NCBI GenBank assembly: GCA_964658305.1
Contig: OZ210885.1
Location: forward strand, 22,010,001-22,074,000
Direction of reading: 5' to 3'
DNA length: 64,000 bases
Source: Leptogorgia sarmentosa
Lineage: Eukaryota
In this document: positions 1 to 11,600 of the stretch, piece after piece
Position numbering within the stretch: the stretch's first letter is position 1
Layout: every line of letters begins with the position of its first letter
The notes under the pieces: model-generated
The model's input: the letters and a program-made list of their open reading frames with translations, nothing else
Database searches by the model: none
What the model was told of the DNA's origin: nothing
Made by a program: the position numbers and the translations under genes

Positions 1-242
1 GTTCAGTTTGATGAAAAACATCGGTGACTGTTCTCTCTATGTTGTCGTAGGCTTCTTTCACCACAAAATTATTCGGGCACGGTAGCAGCTCATGTCTGGC
101 TCGTGTCTTCATTGTCTGTTCAAATGGAAGTGAACCTTCCTTCTTAATGGGTTCGCGGATTACAGTGCGCTGTGTAGTTATATGAACGGGACCACCATGA
201 CGATTCAAACAAATCTGTCCAATGATTGTCCATCCTAGTGCT
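1..242 (-). mobile_element. BEL/Pao retrotransposon fragment (region after the protease), continuation of the copy at 4307-6246
   Basis: The minus strand reads LGWTIIGQICLNRHGGPVH, which continues GPRGTPWAHRLA (ends 6246) once the hAT insertion and the inversion are undone. Confidence 0.85.
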
Positions 243-2079
243 CAGGGTTGGAAATAACGGCCGGTGACCGCTAATTACCGGCCAAATTTAGATAAATCAC
301 TGGCCAAATAGATATATCAATAGTAAAGTAATCGCAAACAGGTTTCGTATAGTTTACTGACTGGAAAATTGCATAGAAATAAAGAAGTTTGGTCATTACG
401 AGTCTCAAGTAATTAAACGGAAGTATATACGTACCAAATCGATTAATTTTAACAAGGGTAAAACAAAAATCCATTAATGAACTCTTGCTTAATTTCGATA
501 GTGTTTTTCGAAGCGCCATCTTGAATTTTCTTGTGATTACAAATCAGAACTACTTCATATATGGTGCACTAAAATGTATCTTCCGCTGGATATTGAGTGT
601 GCAGGCACTTGCGTCCTGAAAAGGGCGGGAATTAGCAATTTTTTCGCAACATAATAATGGCGAACAAACTTCCAAAACCAGGAACTTTTCAAAGGTGGAA
701 AACTGAGTTTAAATGGCTTGAAATTAAGGACAATCGCATGTTCTGTAAAACATGTTCAAAATGGCGAGAAAGTATAGTTTCAACAAGAAACTATAATGAT
801 ACATTTGTGAAAGAAGGGAGTGTTAACTGGCAGAAAAGTGCAGTTAAAGAACATGATACCAGTGTACCACATGTCACTGCGATTGATTATGAGCAGCGAT
901 CAGTTATGGGGGAAAACTATCGCAAACAAGTTGTCAAATAGAATACCAGAGAACAATCCGTTGAAGCAATCCTTTGCGCGAATGTCTGAAGATGAGCGTG
1001 AGCTGTTTGTGCGATCGTTCGAAATTGCCTATTTACTTGCAAAAAAGGCAAGGCCTTACTCAGATTTCCCGGATTGGTTAGAAATGGAAAAAAGGCATGG
1101 TGTTAAGTTTCCTGCAGCTTATGATCATAGAAACGCGTGTAAGGAATTTATTCACTATATAAGTGAAACAATTTTCAACGAACATGTCAAGAACAAACTG
1201 CTTCGTGCTAACTTTCTTACTGTACTGTGCGACGGGTCTACCGATTCCAGCATCGTAGAGAAGGAACTGATTTATGTTGTATTTGTTGACCCAGACACAT
1301 TTGTACCAATGTGTTCGTTCTTTGCTCTCAAAGATCCTGTTTCCCATGATGCGAAGGGCATTAAGCAAGCTATTGAAATGTCATTTGAAAAAAGAGGGTT
1401 ACGTGACCTGTTAAGAAAGTTGGTATTTTTGTCTTCTGACGGTACTGCCACAAACTCTGGATTGGTCAATGGACTGATCACTCTTTTTAGGAAAGATTTG
1501 CCTTGGGTTGCATTTGTGTGGTGCTTTTCCCACCGTCTTGAATTATGTTTGAAGGATGCTTTGTCTTCTGAGTTGGAACAAATTGAAGAGTCACTCAGAT
1601 ACTTGTTTTACATGTACAAGAACAGCTCAAAGAAAGTCCGGGAACTTACAGTCTTGTATCACATCTTGCAGAATGTGTACGAATTTGAAAACAATCAAGT
1701 AAGACCAGCAAAGTCTGGCGGTACCAGATGGATTGACCATAAACTGAGAGCCTGTTCACAGATGGTTGATAAACTGGGGGTTTATGTGCAGCACATAGAG
1801 AACATTATTGCAGACACGTCGAAAAAAGTGTGTGACCGTGAAGCGCTGCGTGGGAAACTAAGGAAGCTGAAATGTGCCTCATTACTGCTCAGAAGTGCAC
1901 TGCTGATTGACCTACTTGACTCTGCAAGAAAATTCAGTGTGATCTCTCAAAAGGCTGAAGTAAACATTCTGCTAATTCTCGATTCATTGGACGACACACT
2001 GCTTCATTACCAAATGTTGTATATAAAGCTCAACAAAGATCCAGCCCACGTGTTCAAGCATCCTACGGTGAAGAACGTT
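243..2079 (+). mobile_element. hAT transposon (hAT5-like, 5-bp TSD), left part
   Basis: TIR CAGGGTTGGAAATAA at 243, identical to the 15-mer at 6247. TSD gtgct (238-242) matches agcac (6242-6246) in reverse complement. Confidence 0.88.
657..2079 (+). pseudogene. hAT transposase (ZNF862/C17orf113-like), N-terminal part, frameshifted near 930
   Basis: Zinc-finger-like WL..MFCKTC..H motif (ORF 657-941), then LCDGSTD, SDGTATNSG, WCFSHRLEL and GGTRW motifs (ORF 820-2145). Broken at the inversion junction. Confidence 0.88.
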
Positions 2080-2175
2080 ACTTTTGTTTTGATTTCTGTT
2101 AATCCTACTACAGAAAAAGAGAAATTTAATTCCGACAACAGGTGAACCAAAATATCGAAGTTTGCTGAAAGTCTT
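2080..2175 (-). mobile_element. LINE AP-endonuclease N-terminal fragment
   Basis: LSANFDILVHLLSELNFSFSVVGLTEIKTKV, which joins in frame to 7858 onward. Confidence 0.8.
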
Positions 2176-3180
2176 GCTGACAAAATGAATTGTCGAATGT
2201 CGACGTTTTGACTATTCCCATCCAGGGATCTTATATAGCTCAATTTATGCACTGCAACGTCACGGTAGATCGCAAATGCACCAGTACGTCACAGTAGATT
2301 GAAAAGGCACCCGTGAAGGCACCTGTCCCGAGTCTTTTTCTGCGTGAAATCTACTGCAACGTCATAAAATCAATTGTTTTCTCGTCCACGTCACAGTAGA
2401 TTTGGTCTGCTGACTGGTGCCTTGCATGCAGAACGCAGGCGCTGGCACCCATTGCCGCAATGCAATGAAACATGAAACGTAAAAATTACAATATATTGCA
2501 AAATTATTATCGACGAACGGTCATACCGAAGCTCAGACATATAGCGGCTCGTTCAGTTATGCAAATGAACTACGATATTTGCTCTTTGCGTCGTGGGAAG
2601 AAGTCCTCTGCGTTACGATGATGGGATGTGTAAGTGTTATCGCAAGATATTATATTTTCATGCGTTTGGGCTCCTAATTGTTCACTCGAGATGTATGTAA
2701 TCATCGCTGTAAAAAGGTCGATCTTCCACGGCCCCCAATTGAAAACAATTTTAGCATTTCTCCGGAGGTGAAAAAACATATGGAATACTTGCTCAGAACG
2801 CAGGAAATGGCATTTGCGGGGTCTAAATTTCAAAATTTTTCTAGGGGCAATGCCCCAGGACCCCCCTAATTATACGAGGTGGTCTAATTGGCACCCGTCA
2901 AAGATTTTCCTAGATCCGCCCCTGGGCAATTATGGCAATTTAAAAAGCTGGCGTGTTAGCTTTTAGGTGACAAATTAAAATTGTCACATTTTTAAAAAAT
3001 TGCCCATGTAGATTATTTGTAACAGAAAATGTGGTAGCAGTCGACTATTGACATTGGTTCCCATAATTAATATGTGACGTCATTGTATTCACTCCAAAAG
3101 TTGTAACCAACTTCTTCTCCCAAAGCCTGAAAGAAGTCGCGGTAAAACCAACGATTTATGCATGCCGGAACTTTGATCAT

Positions 3181-3451
3181 TTTCAGACAATCCTGGCCAA
3201 AACCATTAACTACACTCTAATAAAGTTGTCCCTTTTGAGGTTTTCGACTATAAAATGTCTAATTTTTCTTGTCAAAATACCCCCTCCGCCCCCAAAACAA
3301 TGTTGAGTCTATGCCAAATGCATTAAACATGTTATGCAACACCATCCAACATTGATTGGTGGGGGAAAGGGGGAGGGTTCTTTATTTTGCTCTAAACCCC
3401 ATAGAAAAATAGTACGTGTCGCCAATGTTTTGACCAAGATTGTAGCTGAAA
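3181..3451. mobile_element. small non-autonomous element with terminal inverted repeats
   Basis: tttcagacaatcctggccaaaac (3181) matches the reverse complement of gttttgaccaagattgtagctgaaa (ends 3451). Confidence 0.5.
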
Positions 3452-3499
3452 GCACTTTACACAGTGTTATCCCCCCTGTACATACTATGCTGCGTTTTA

Positions 3500-4140
3500 C
3501 CTCTCCACCTAGCTCACTTGTAGTAGTTTCTTCTGGAGATGTGTCCAGATCCATTTGTAGAGGACGGATGTACAATAACGCTTGAGCAATGCCACAAACA
3601 TCCTGCAAGTACTTCACTGTATAACCAGAAGGTGGCGGAGGAACTAACACAAATCCATTGCCTGAGGAGCCACATCTTAGCAGTTCAAATCCCCCTCCGC
3701 CACTGGGTTGGCATTCACATCAAACTTGATTTTAATTCTTCCAAGACCGGCAAGCTGAAGTGTTATCTTTCTTTCACGGCTTGGTGCCGCCTCCTCGTCT
3801 GTATTAGCTAGACAAAACATCTTGTGAGTCCACGTATCCCTTGCTTTAGCTTTACTCTCCGTTCTTCTGCACACCCTCTTTGGTGGAGGACGGCCAGAGA
3901 CGCCTGGACACCCAAGAGATGGAGGACTTGCCTATGGTGAAAAAAGGGTGCGAAAATTATGAAGAGCCCCCTCTGTGTTTGGCGTATTGGAATGTGTACT
4001 CGCCACCGTTGATGATGCGTTTGTAGAGTGAAAATTACGACATGTTTCTCCTGTGGCGAGGTCGATGAACTTCCCAGCAAATGTGATGTATTTGTATTAT
4101 TCAACTTATCTACAGCATTCAGGGAACTTCTAGTACGCAA
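3500..4140 (-). pseudogene. fragment of the N-terminal region of a G2E3-like (HECT-associated) protein, probably transposon cargo
   Basis: WTHKMFCLA..PSRERKITLQLAGLGRIKI and GYTVKYL..ALLYIRPLQMDLD motifs. Frameshifted. Confidence 0.55.
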
Positions 4141-4306
4141 ATCAAATTCATCGCACGGCTTATACTATAATTGTTTCTGTTGTTTTCGGTGAACTGGTTG
4201 TTTCCTTCCCCGCTGGTCGCCATGTTGATTTTTGTCGCCATTTTTTTTTGCAAAATTCACGGGAGTGTTTCCACTGCCGCCTGTTATTGCTGCTAGCTGC
4301 GCGACA

Positions 4307-6246
4307 GTGAAAAGACGAATTGCTCTGCATCCGTACTCAACACTCATCAGAAAACGATTGGTATCAAAAACGATATCCTTATTGCCAAGAAAGAAAAAGA
4401 AAGAAGGGAACTTGAAGCGGAGGAGGGAAAAAAGCGTGTTGAAGCAAAAGCAAAATACGATCACGAAATAGCAGTTCTCAAGGCCAGAATGAAAGCAGCA
4501 ACTGCGGAAGCAAAGCTGAATGCCATGGAGCAATTCACAGACGTGGAACAGACTGAATTCAATTCTGGTCGCAGCAGAGATGATAAGATGAGCGCTAGAA
4601 ATTAAGGGAAAACCGAAGCTCAAAGCCTCAAGTCTCAGTGTTTTACAAGATCGTGGATAATCTCTCAGCAGAGTAACCCTAAAGAATCACCTCATGGTCA
4701 TCCCGCTACATTCGAGAATGGCAAAGCATCAGACAGTGTGAGCGATGTCCCGACCCGAGTAGAAAGAGAATATAATGGAGGCGACCTTATTACGATCAAC
4801 AAGAAACTGATGGAGAGCTTGGCGAGAATTAGTCTTCCTAAATGTCACCCGGATGTATACAATGGAGATGTAACCATGTTCCATACGTGGAAAAATTCCT
4901 TCAAGGGTATGATTCGCGATTGCCATCTGTCACTGGAACAAGAAATGAACTATATGAGTATATACACCACAGACGAACCTCTAAAACTTGTAAATACCTT
5001 TCGTAGACGTCACAGTTCTGATGCATTGAAGTTACTTGAAGACCTGTGGAATGAATTAGAAAGTCGATTTGGCAACGTATCGTCAATCTCGAATGAGCTG
5101 CTCAAGCGTCTGACCAAAATTCGAGGAACACGATTGGAAGAGATTACAAGCCTTTGCAGACTTATGCGCTGACGTTGCATCTCAAATGGTAGAATTACCG
5201 GGAACTATCCTAGTGTGTTACAACCGATGTTAAGAAATTTACCCGTGTTAATCTGTTCCAAATGGGAAGAAAGGGTAGTCCAATACGCATTGAAGAAGAA
5301 CGACGAGTACCCAGATTTTAACGAATTTGCTTCCTTCATCAGGGAACGAGCACTTTTGACGAACCACCCCAACATAACTACTAAGGAATCAAGTGATAAG
5401 AGAGGAGTGAAGTGTTCTGACGATCACATCAAATCTTACAAAGGAAACTGAAGAAGGCAAAGTAGTACAGAAAGTCATGAAACACTATCCCTTCCATGAT
5501 TTAGACGGACATGGTTTGTTGGAATGTAAAGCCTTTACTCATAAGACTCGTCAGGAACGGATCGACTGGATGAGGAAAGCAGGCTTATGCTTTCTCTGTT
5601 CGGGAAAAAGGTCATCTTTCAAAAGAATGCAAACAAGAGATTAAATGCACAAAGTGTGGTAGCTCTCGTCACCAGACCATCCTGCATCAGGAAAGGAAAA
5701 CACCTATTGATGGCGAGGAGATAATATCGAAGCAAACCAAAGTCAATGAGTCAGTTGTCGGTGGGTCGTCTTGCAGCAAGATAGTCCTCCTTGATGTGTT
5801 CCATCCCGATAATGCACAAAACATTGTGAGAACCTATGCCGTGATAGATGAACAAAGCAATGCGTCTATGATTTCGCCTGCTCTACTGGAACAACTCGGA
5901 ATCTCAGGGGAAAAGCAGAGATACTACTTGTCGACTTGTAGTGGCGCCCATGAAATGAAACTCAATTACAGGGCCCCAGGTCTATTCGCCAAGAATCTGA
6001 AAGGATGCAAGTTTAAATTGCCAACCTTGGTTGAATGTGACAACATTCCTAGCAATAAAGGTGAAATTCCAGTTCCAGAAAAAGTTAAGAAGTTTGCACA
6101 CCTTAGAGACATTGCGGAAGAGATACCTCCCATAGATGATCAGGCAGAAATCCATCTTTTAATAGGCTGAGACGCACCCGAGCTGATGAAAATCAGGGGA
6201 TTTCGTAACGGGCCTAGAGGTACACCTTGGGCCCATCGACTAGCAC
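4307..6246 (+). mobile_element. degraded BEL/Pao gag-protease
   Basis: DUF1759-like LPKCHPDVYNGDVTMFHTWK, Cys/His knuckles at ~5585-5690, and protease YAVIDEQSNASMI. Many stops and frameshifts. Confidence 0.85.
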
Positions 6247-7857
6247 CAGGGTTGGAAATAAGGGAAACAAATTTGACCGGTAATTTTTACAAATTTGACA
6301 AGGCAAAATATTTGACCGGTGTTTTTTTAAAAGCAAAAAATCATGGCATCATCAGTGGTTATGGGGGGGGGGGGGAAGCTACATTAGAAAACGCCTACTG
6401 CCTCCTGTAAAAATTGAAGTCATATGGACTATCACTATCAATAATCGTTCAAGACACTTATTAAAAAATCAATGTGTAATTAAATATCAATATACACCCT
6501 ACTGGCTACATAACAATATCAACAGTTTATTAACTACAACTACAACTGTCTTGAGTGTGAACTTTTGCAATAAAATATTACAGGAAACAAGAATTAACTT
6601 GCTTATCAATGTCTCACTCTGTCACCAACTTTGACATAAATTACGTGCTAATGCAATCCAGATTCTTACATGACACACTGCAGTGCTTGGGGATGAGTCT
6701 AGCTACATAGGACTACATTGTTCTATTACAACACTAATAATTAGACTAATACAGTCAGTATGACTCAGTAACTCTGTAGATAAAGGCTTTAACATGGAAA
6801 GCAGTCCTTCAAAATTTGGTGCTTTCACCCTCATCAGTTTTTGAGTTGAAACTGTGATTGAGGTCTTAGTTTGTGGGCTCACATTACAAACTATTCTGCA
6901 GCCTCTGGAAAGATAGTAATTTATTTACGTGTGCTTATCATTCTCTTGACTACGTAATGTATCAGTATTTTCCTCCTCACTGCTGCTTTCACTATCAGCT
7001 ACATCATTGTCCCAGGTCACTGCATCTGATAGGTTCAGGAACAAGCCAGGATCTTTGTCAAGGTTTGGTTTCTTGGAAGTTGTCCGTTTTTTGTACTTCT
7101 TTCTCTTCTTCTGGTTCAGTCTCCTGGGCTTGTCATTATACCAATTTGTCACAGCTTTGATGATTACTTGTGATTCTGGCAATTTTGCCACATCAGGACC
7201 AGAAATGTGAATGCGCAAGTTGTCCTCAAGAGCTTCTTCACCAAGCCTATTTCGCCAGTCATTCTTCACTACAGCCATATGGCTGAAAAATCTCTCCAAG
7301 GTTGCATTGGAGAATGGAGCACAAAGACACAGTTCAATCACAGAAAACAGTTCTGGGTAGGATTCACCTTTGATTTGCTTGAGAGTTGGCCACAACTGTA
7401 AAGGTTCCATGCTAGCTATATTGTTTCCCATAGAGTCACAGGTATACTTGACAAGCTGTAAGTACTGTTCCTCCAGAATGTCAGAATTTATATCAGTGCC
7501 AAGAACTGGCTGAAACCTTTCATAAATTCGCTTAAGTGATGTGATTTGATTACAGAAGCGAGACGACAGTTCCTCCCAGCTAAGTGGTTGATCAGTTGAA
7601 TTTATCCAGACTGAAGTGCGTAGAACTCTACAGACATCATGCAGCACGTTATCTCCATCTCGCGATTCCTTTGTCACAGCCTCTTGCATTTCCGCTCTTT
7701 CCTCTTCTGTTTGAGATGTCAGAACACCATATCGCTCATTTAAGCATGCCACTATGTTTCCCACCATCATGCCTGCATTTGCCAAAATTGTACCCTTTGC
7801 CTGCTCCACATTGGTAAGCTTCACTCCCTTGTAAACACTTTCTTCAATTTGTGACAA
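6247..7857 (-). mobile_element. hAT transposon right part (transposase C-terminus 6925-7857 plus right TIR), inverted
   Basis: Dimerisation motif LCLCAPFSNATLERFFSHMAVVKNDWRNRL, and the TIR at 6247. Confidence 0.88.
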
Positions 7858-8676
7858 AAATAAGCAAATAATCAGTAATGTTAATATACCTGGGTATAAT
7901 TTCATATCACAGCCCAGTAAATCTAATGCAGGAGGAGTAGGTTTTTATATAAACAATCACTTAAAAACCAAAATTAGACCAGATCTGTCTTCTTGCACTG
8001 ATGAATATGAATCCCTTTGGATTGAAATTGCAAGTGATTCTGAACATAATTTATTATGTGGTGTCATTTATAGACATCCAAGAGGTAACATTGATAATTT
8101 CATGAACCACATAAATATGGCAATTGAAAAATATACTACACAGTTATGGGAGATTTTAATGTAGATCTTCTTAAATCTGAATCACATCAAGACATTAATA
8201 ATATTCTTCACTTTCAGCTCCAAATTCTTCAACCAACTAGAATAACAGAGCATTCAGCATTCATTTATTGATAATATATTTTTCAATTCATGGATCATTT
8301 CACCATTAGTGGGAATTTAATATATGATCTCTCAGATCATCTTCCAAACTTCCTTATTATGACAAAGTTCTCTGCTCTTCCATCTTTAACAAAATTCTAC
8401 AAGAGAGATTATCCAACTCTTGATGAATGTGCCTTATATTATGTGACATCCAGGCTATCATTTGGGGATGAAATGCTTGAATTGAATCAAAATCCTGTTA
8501 AATTGAACAAAGAGTTAGCTGAAGTTTATAAATGGTTATGTGTAAATATCCCTCAATATTGAAAAATCAAATTTTGTGATATTTCATCCTAGGCAACGGA
8601 AAATAGAAGCAAACATACAAATTGTTGTAAATCAACAATCATTAAAACAAGAACTTTCAATTAAATATTTGGGTGT
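7858..8676 (+). mobile_element. CR1/L2-type LINE remnant (AP endonuclease joined to RT C-terminus, internally deleted)
   Basis: NIPGYNFISQPSKSNAGGVGFYI, ESLWIEI, GVIYRHP and SDHLPNF, then ELAEVYKWLCVN and IKYLGV. Confidence 0.85.
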
Positions 8677-8680
8677 AACG

Positions 8681-11600
8681 TTATGCACCAGTCAGTGGAA
8701 AGCCCCGCACCCCCTACCCGGGAAACAGCAGGGCATTAGACAAAGGAATTGCTCTACTTCATTCTAATGCCCCGCTATACGGGCGTTCTTACTCGCCTAA
8801 ACACGAAAAATGCCCCCGCCCGTTGGGGCCCGACGTCCAATTTCTAACAAGAATATTTTTAAACCTGTTCGATAAATACATATTATATAATGCAACGATA
8901 GACATTTACCTCATTCAGAATTTACTACAATTACTACACAGTACCATTTCCAGGGGACTGTAGACAGGTTTGTGAATTCTGCAGAAAATATTTAGCTACT
9001 ATAAACTAAAGAAACAGACAGAGCTTGCGTTTGGTAGTAAACTAGCAAATGGCAAACCACTGTCGTAAGCAACTTGACTTGAAAGCATTGGCAGTAAGAA
9101 AATCTTTCAGAATCAATAAATCAGAGTCAGGAGTTTGTTATAAATGAAAAAGATTTTTGAAAGAAACTTAAGACGATACTGATTGACTTCTACTGTACAT
9201 GATAGAATGCTAAACATGAAAAAACAGACCATCAAAACGGTTTTAATAAAATCACTTTGGATAAAACAAAACATCAACCTATTAATAATAACAATTGATT
9301 GTTGTCAGGTAAACGTTTAAGTGAAAAATGACAAATATATCACTGTACCAAGTCATTTTATATGAATACAGTATGTTATACGACCAGTTAATTAAACAAA
9401 ATCTATCATAGTCATGGCAAAACCAATTGCTGGCAGGACAATCCTACGCAACCAAAGTGGAACCATTCTATCTTGCACGCGGGGTTGTCACACCTCATTT
9501 CCAGTGATTCAATTACATGTTAACTTGAGAAACTAAAACATATAATTATGCTAAGTTGATATGCAGTGAAAGTACATGTACTGTACCGAGTTGCTCTCGC
9601 TTTTTTCACTCCCTCAGCTCTCCTTTCCTAGATTCCTTTTAGATGCTGCATCCAGAAGGAGACGTCACATTCGGGTAGAAGCGTTTGTCTTGCCAAATCT
9701 TTGATCTGTGCCGCTGAGAGGATCGTTATCTGTTTCCTCGACAAATCAAATGCTTTCTTGATAACTTCTGAAGGAGGGTTAAGCATGCAGTCTTTATATC
9801 CATTCTTTCGAATATGTTCAAGACATTCAGCAGGAGACATGAAGTGTCCATGACAACCAGATGTACACTTTGCACAATTGCCATCCCAGGGACAGGCAGG
9901 ATCTGGAATAAGTAAGGGTATATGAAAAGAGGTTTTCCACGTTGACATACTGGATGAACACAGTCACTCTTGTAGCAGGGTTAGAGAAAAAAAATGTATT
10001 TCTCTGGCAGGCCTTTCACCATATGCTGTGTCCTTAAGTGCCAGATCGTTTTGAAGTAATTATAATCATCTGGTTTCTTTGCTTGTAACTCTGCTTGCAA
10101 TTTTTTGGTGTTCCCTTCAGCAAAGTCAACAATTAGTGGGGTCAGTTTGTTGGCATGTTCATCTTTCGCTCCCTTAAAAAGGGTGATGGGACCTTTACCA
10201 CAAGGTGCTCCATCTACACGATCAATGTACATGTTAATAGCCATATCCAAGTTGGTCAGCAATCGTTCAGTATCAAGTCCTGCAGAAGAATTAGATAGGA
10301 CCCTCCACTGTGTCATGTAGTTTCTATTGTTGCAACCTTTTCTTCAGTTAAATGCCTTTCGGTCCAAAGAAATTGTACTTCATGATGCTTGGGCCGTTCA
10401 TTCCCAGCTCCATCGACTCTGATACAATCTATTGCTTTGTTCTTCAACCAAGGACCTAGTTCATCTTTACTCTGCAACATGGCTGAGTCCGCAGCATGTT
10501 GAGGAGGATTTTTATAATGAACGGGATGTGCCTTGACTACCACTATGCATCTCTCGCTTGTGGTAGCAGTGCCCAGGAACATTGCTGAGGTTGTTTGAAT
10601 AACTGATGCATATTTATTGACATAGTCTATGCGCGTAGTTGTTTCTGGGCTGGTGAGTAAGTGATGTAGCCTTGTGTAACCTGTGTGTAAATGTGGTATC
10701 AAGCCGAAACCCTGCTTGGTCGTTCTGATTGAGTACAACGTTGTCGCGACGTCTTCAAGTTGGCTGTAGTTTAGTCCTTTATAGAAAGCTGTGCTGTGAT
10801 GCACATCCAGGTTAAGTTTGATAGTAAAACCTTTCCTTGCTCATCGCGAAGTAACCTGAGCAACACCATGGTAGCCTATTTTTGCATTGTACTTCTCACA
10901 GAGATGTTTCTGGATTCGTCCATACATTACCTTAGGCCCTTTTCTCTGATTTCCATCAAATGTAAACACATCGGTACGTCGCCCAGTATTGGTCTGTCCC
11001 CACTCGCCTTTCTTCATGTCTTGCACACGTTTCTTGGAACTTTTCTTTTCAGGATACGTCTGTTTGCGATCTCTTTAGAAATTTGCCTTCTCCTTTTTCT
11101 CTGAAATATTTTTCGCTGCCTTTTCACAAGTTCCTTCCCTTTCTCACTGAGGACATTCTGAACTTGTTTCAACACATTCATTCTCCCAAACAAGAGTGCT
11201 ATTTTCTTGTTGGGTGGCCAGAAATGCTTGTTTGGATTGTTCTGCTTTTTCCATATCCTCATCTGTTAGACCAGTGTTCCCCAGTTGATGACCAAAGTCA
11301 AGTAGAATTTGGCATAAAACATCAGGACCATAATTATTACACAACATCATTTCTAACTCTCCAACAAACAGAAACCAGTTCAAATTGTTCTTTTGGAGAA
11401 TAGAGACTAGTGTGTCGGTAAATCCATTTTGTCAATCAATATGGCATTCTGCATTAATCAAGGTCTGGCAAGTTCTGTCTTTTTCTGGACTGATCATTGC
11501 ACTGAACTTCCCTTTGAAGGTAGATACCTCTTCATGGTTTGATTCACTTTCATCACTAGACCAATAAACATGCACATCCTGTTCACTGTCATCATCTTTA

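Noticed and set aside
2222..2923. Complete hAT MITE (cagggatc... to ...gatccgcccctg)
   Set aside because: The ends are not complementary beyond a few bases and the flanks show no TSD.
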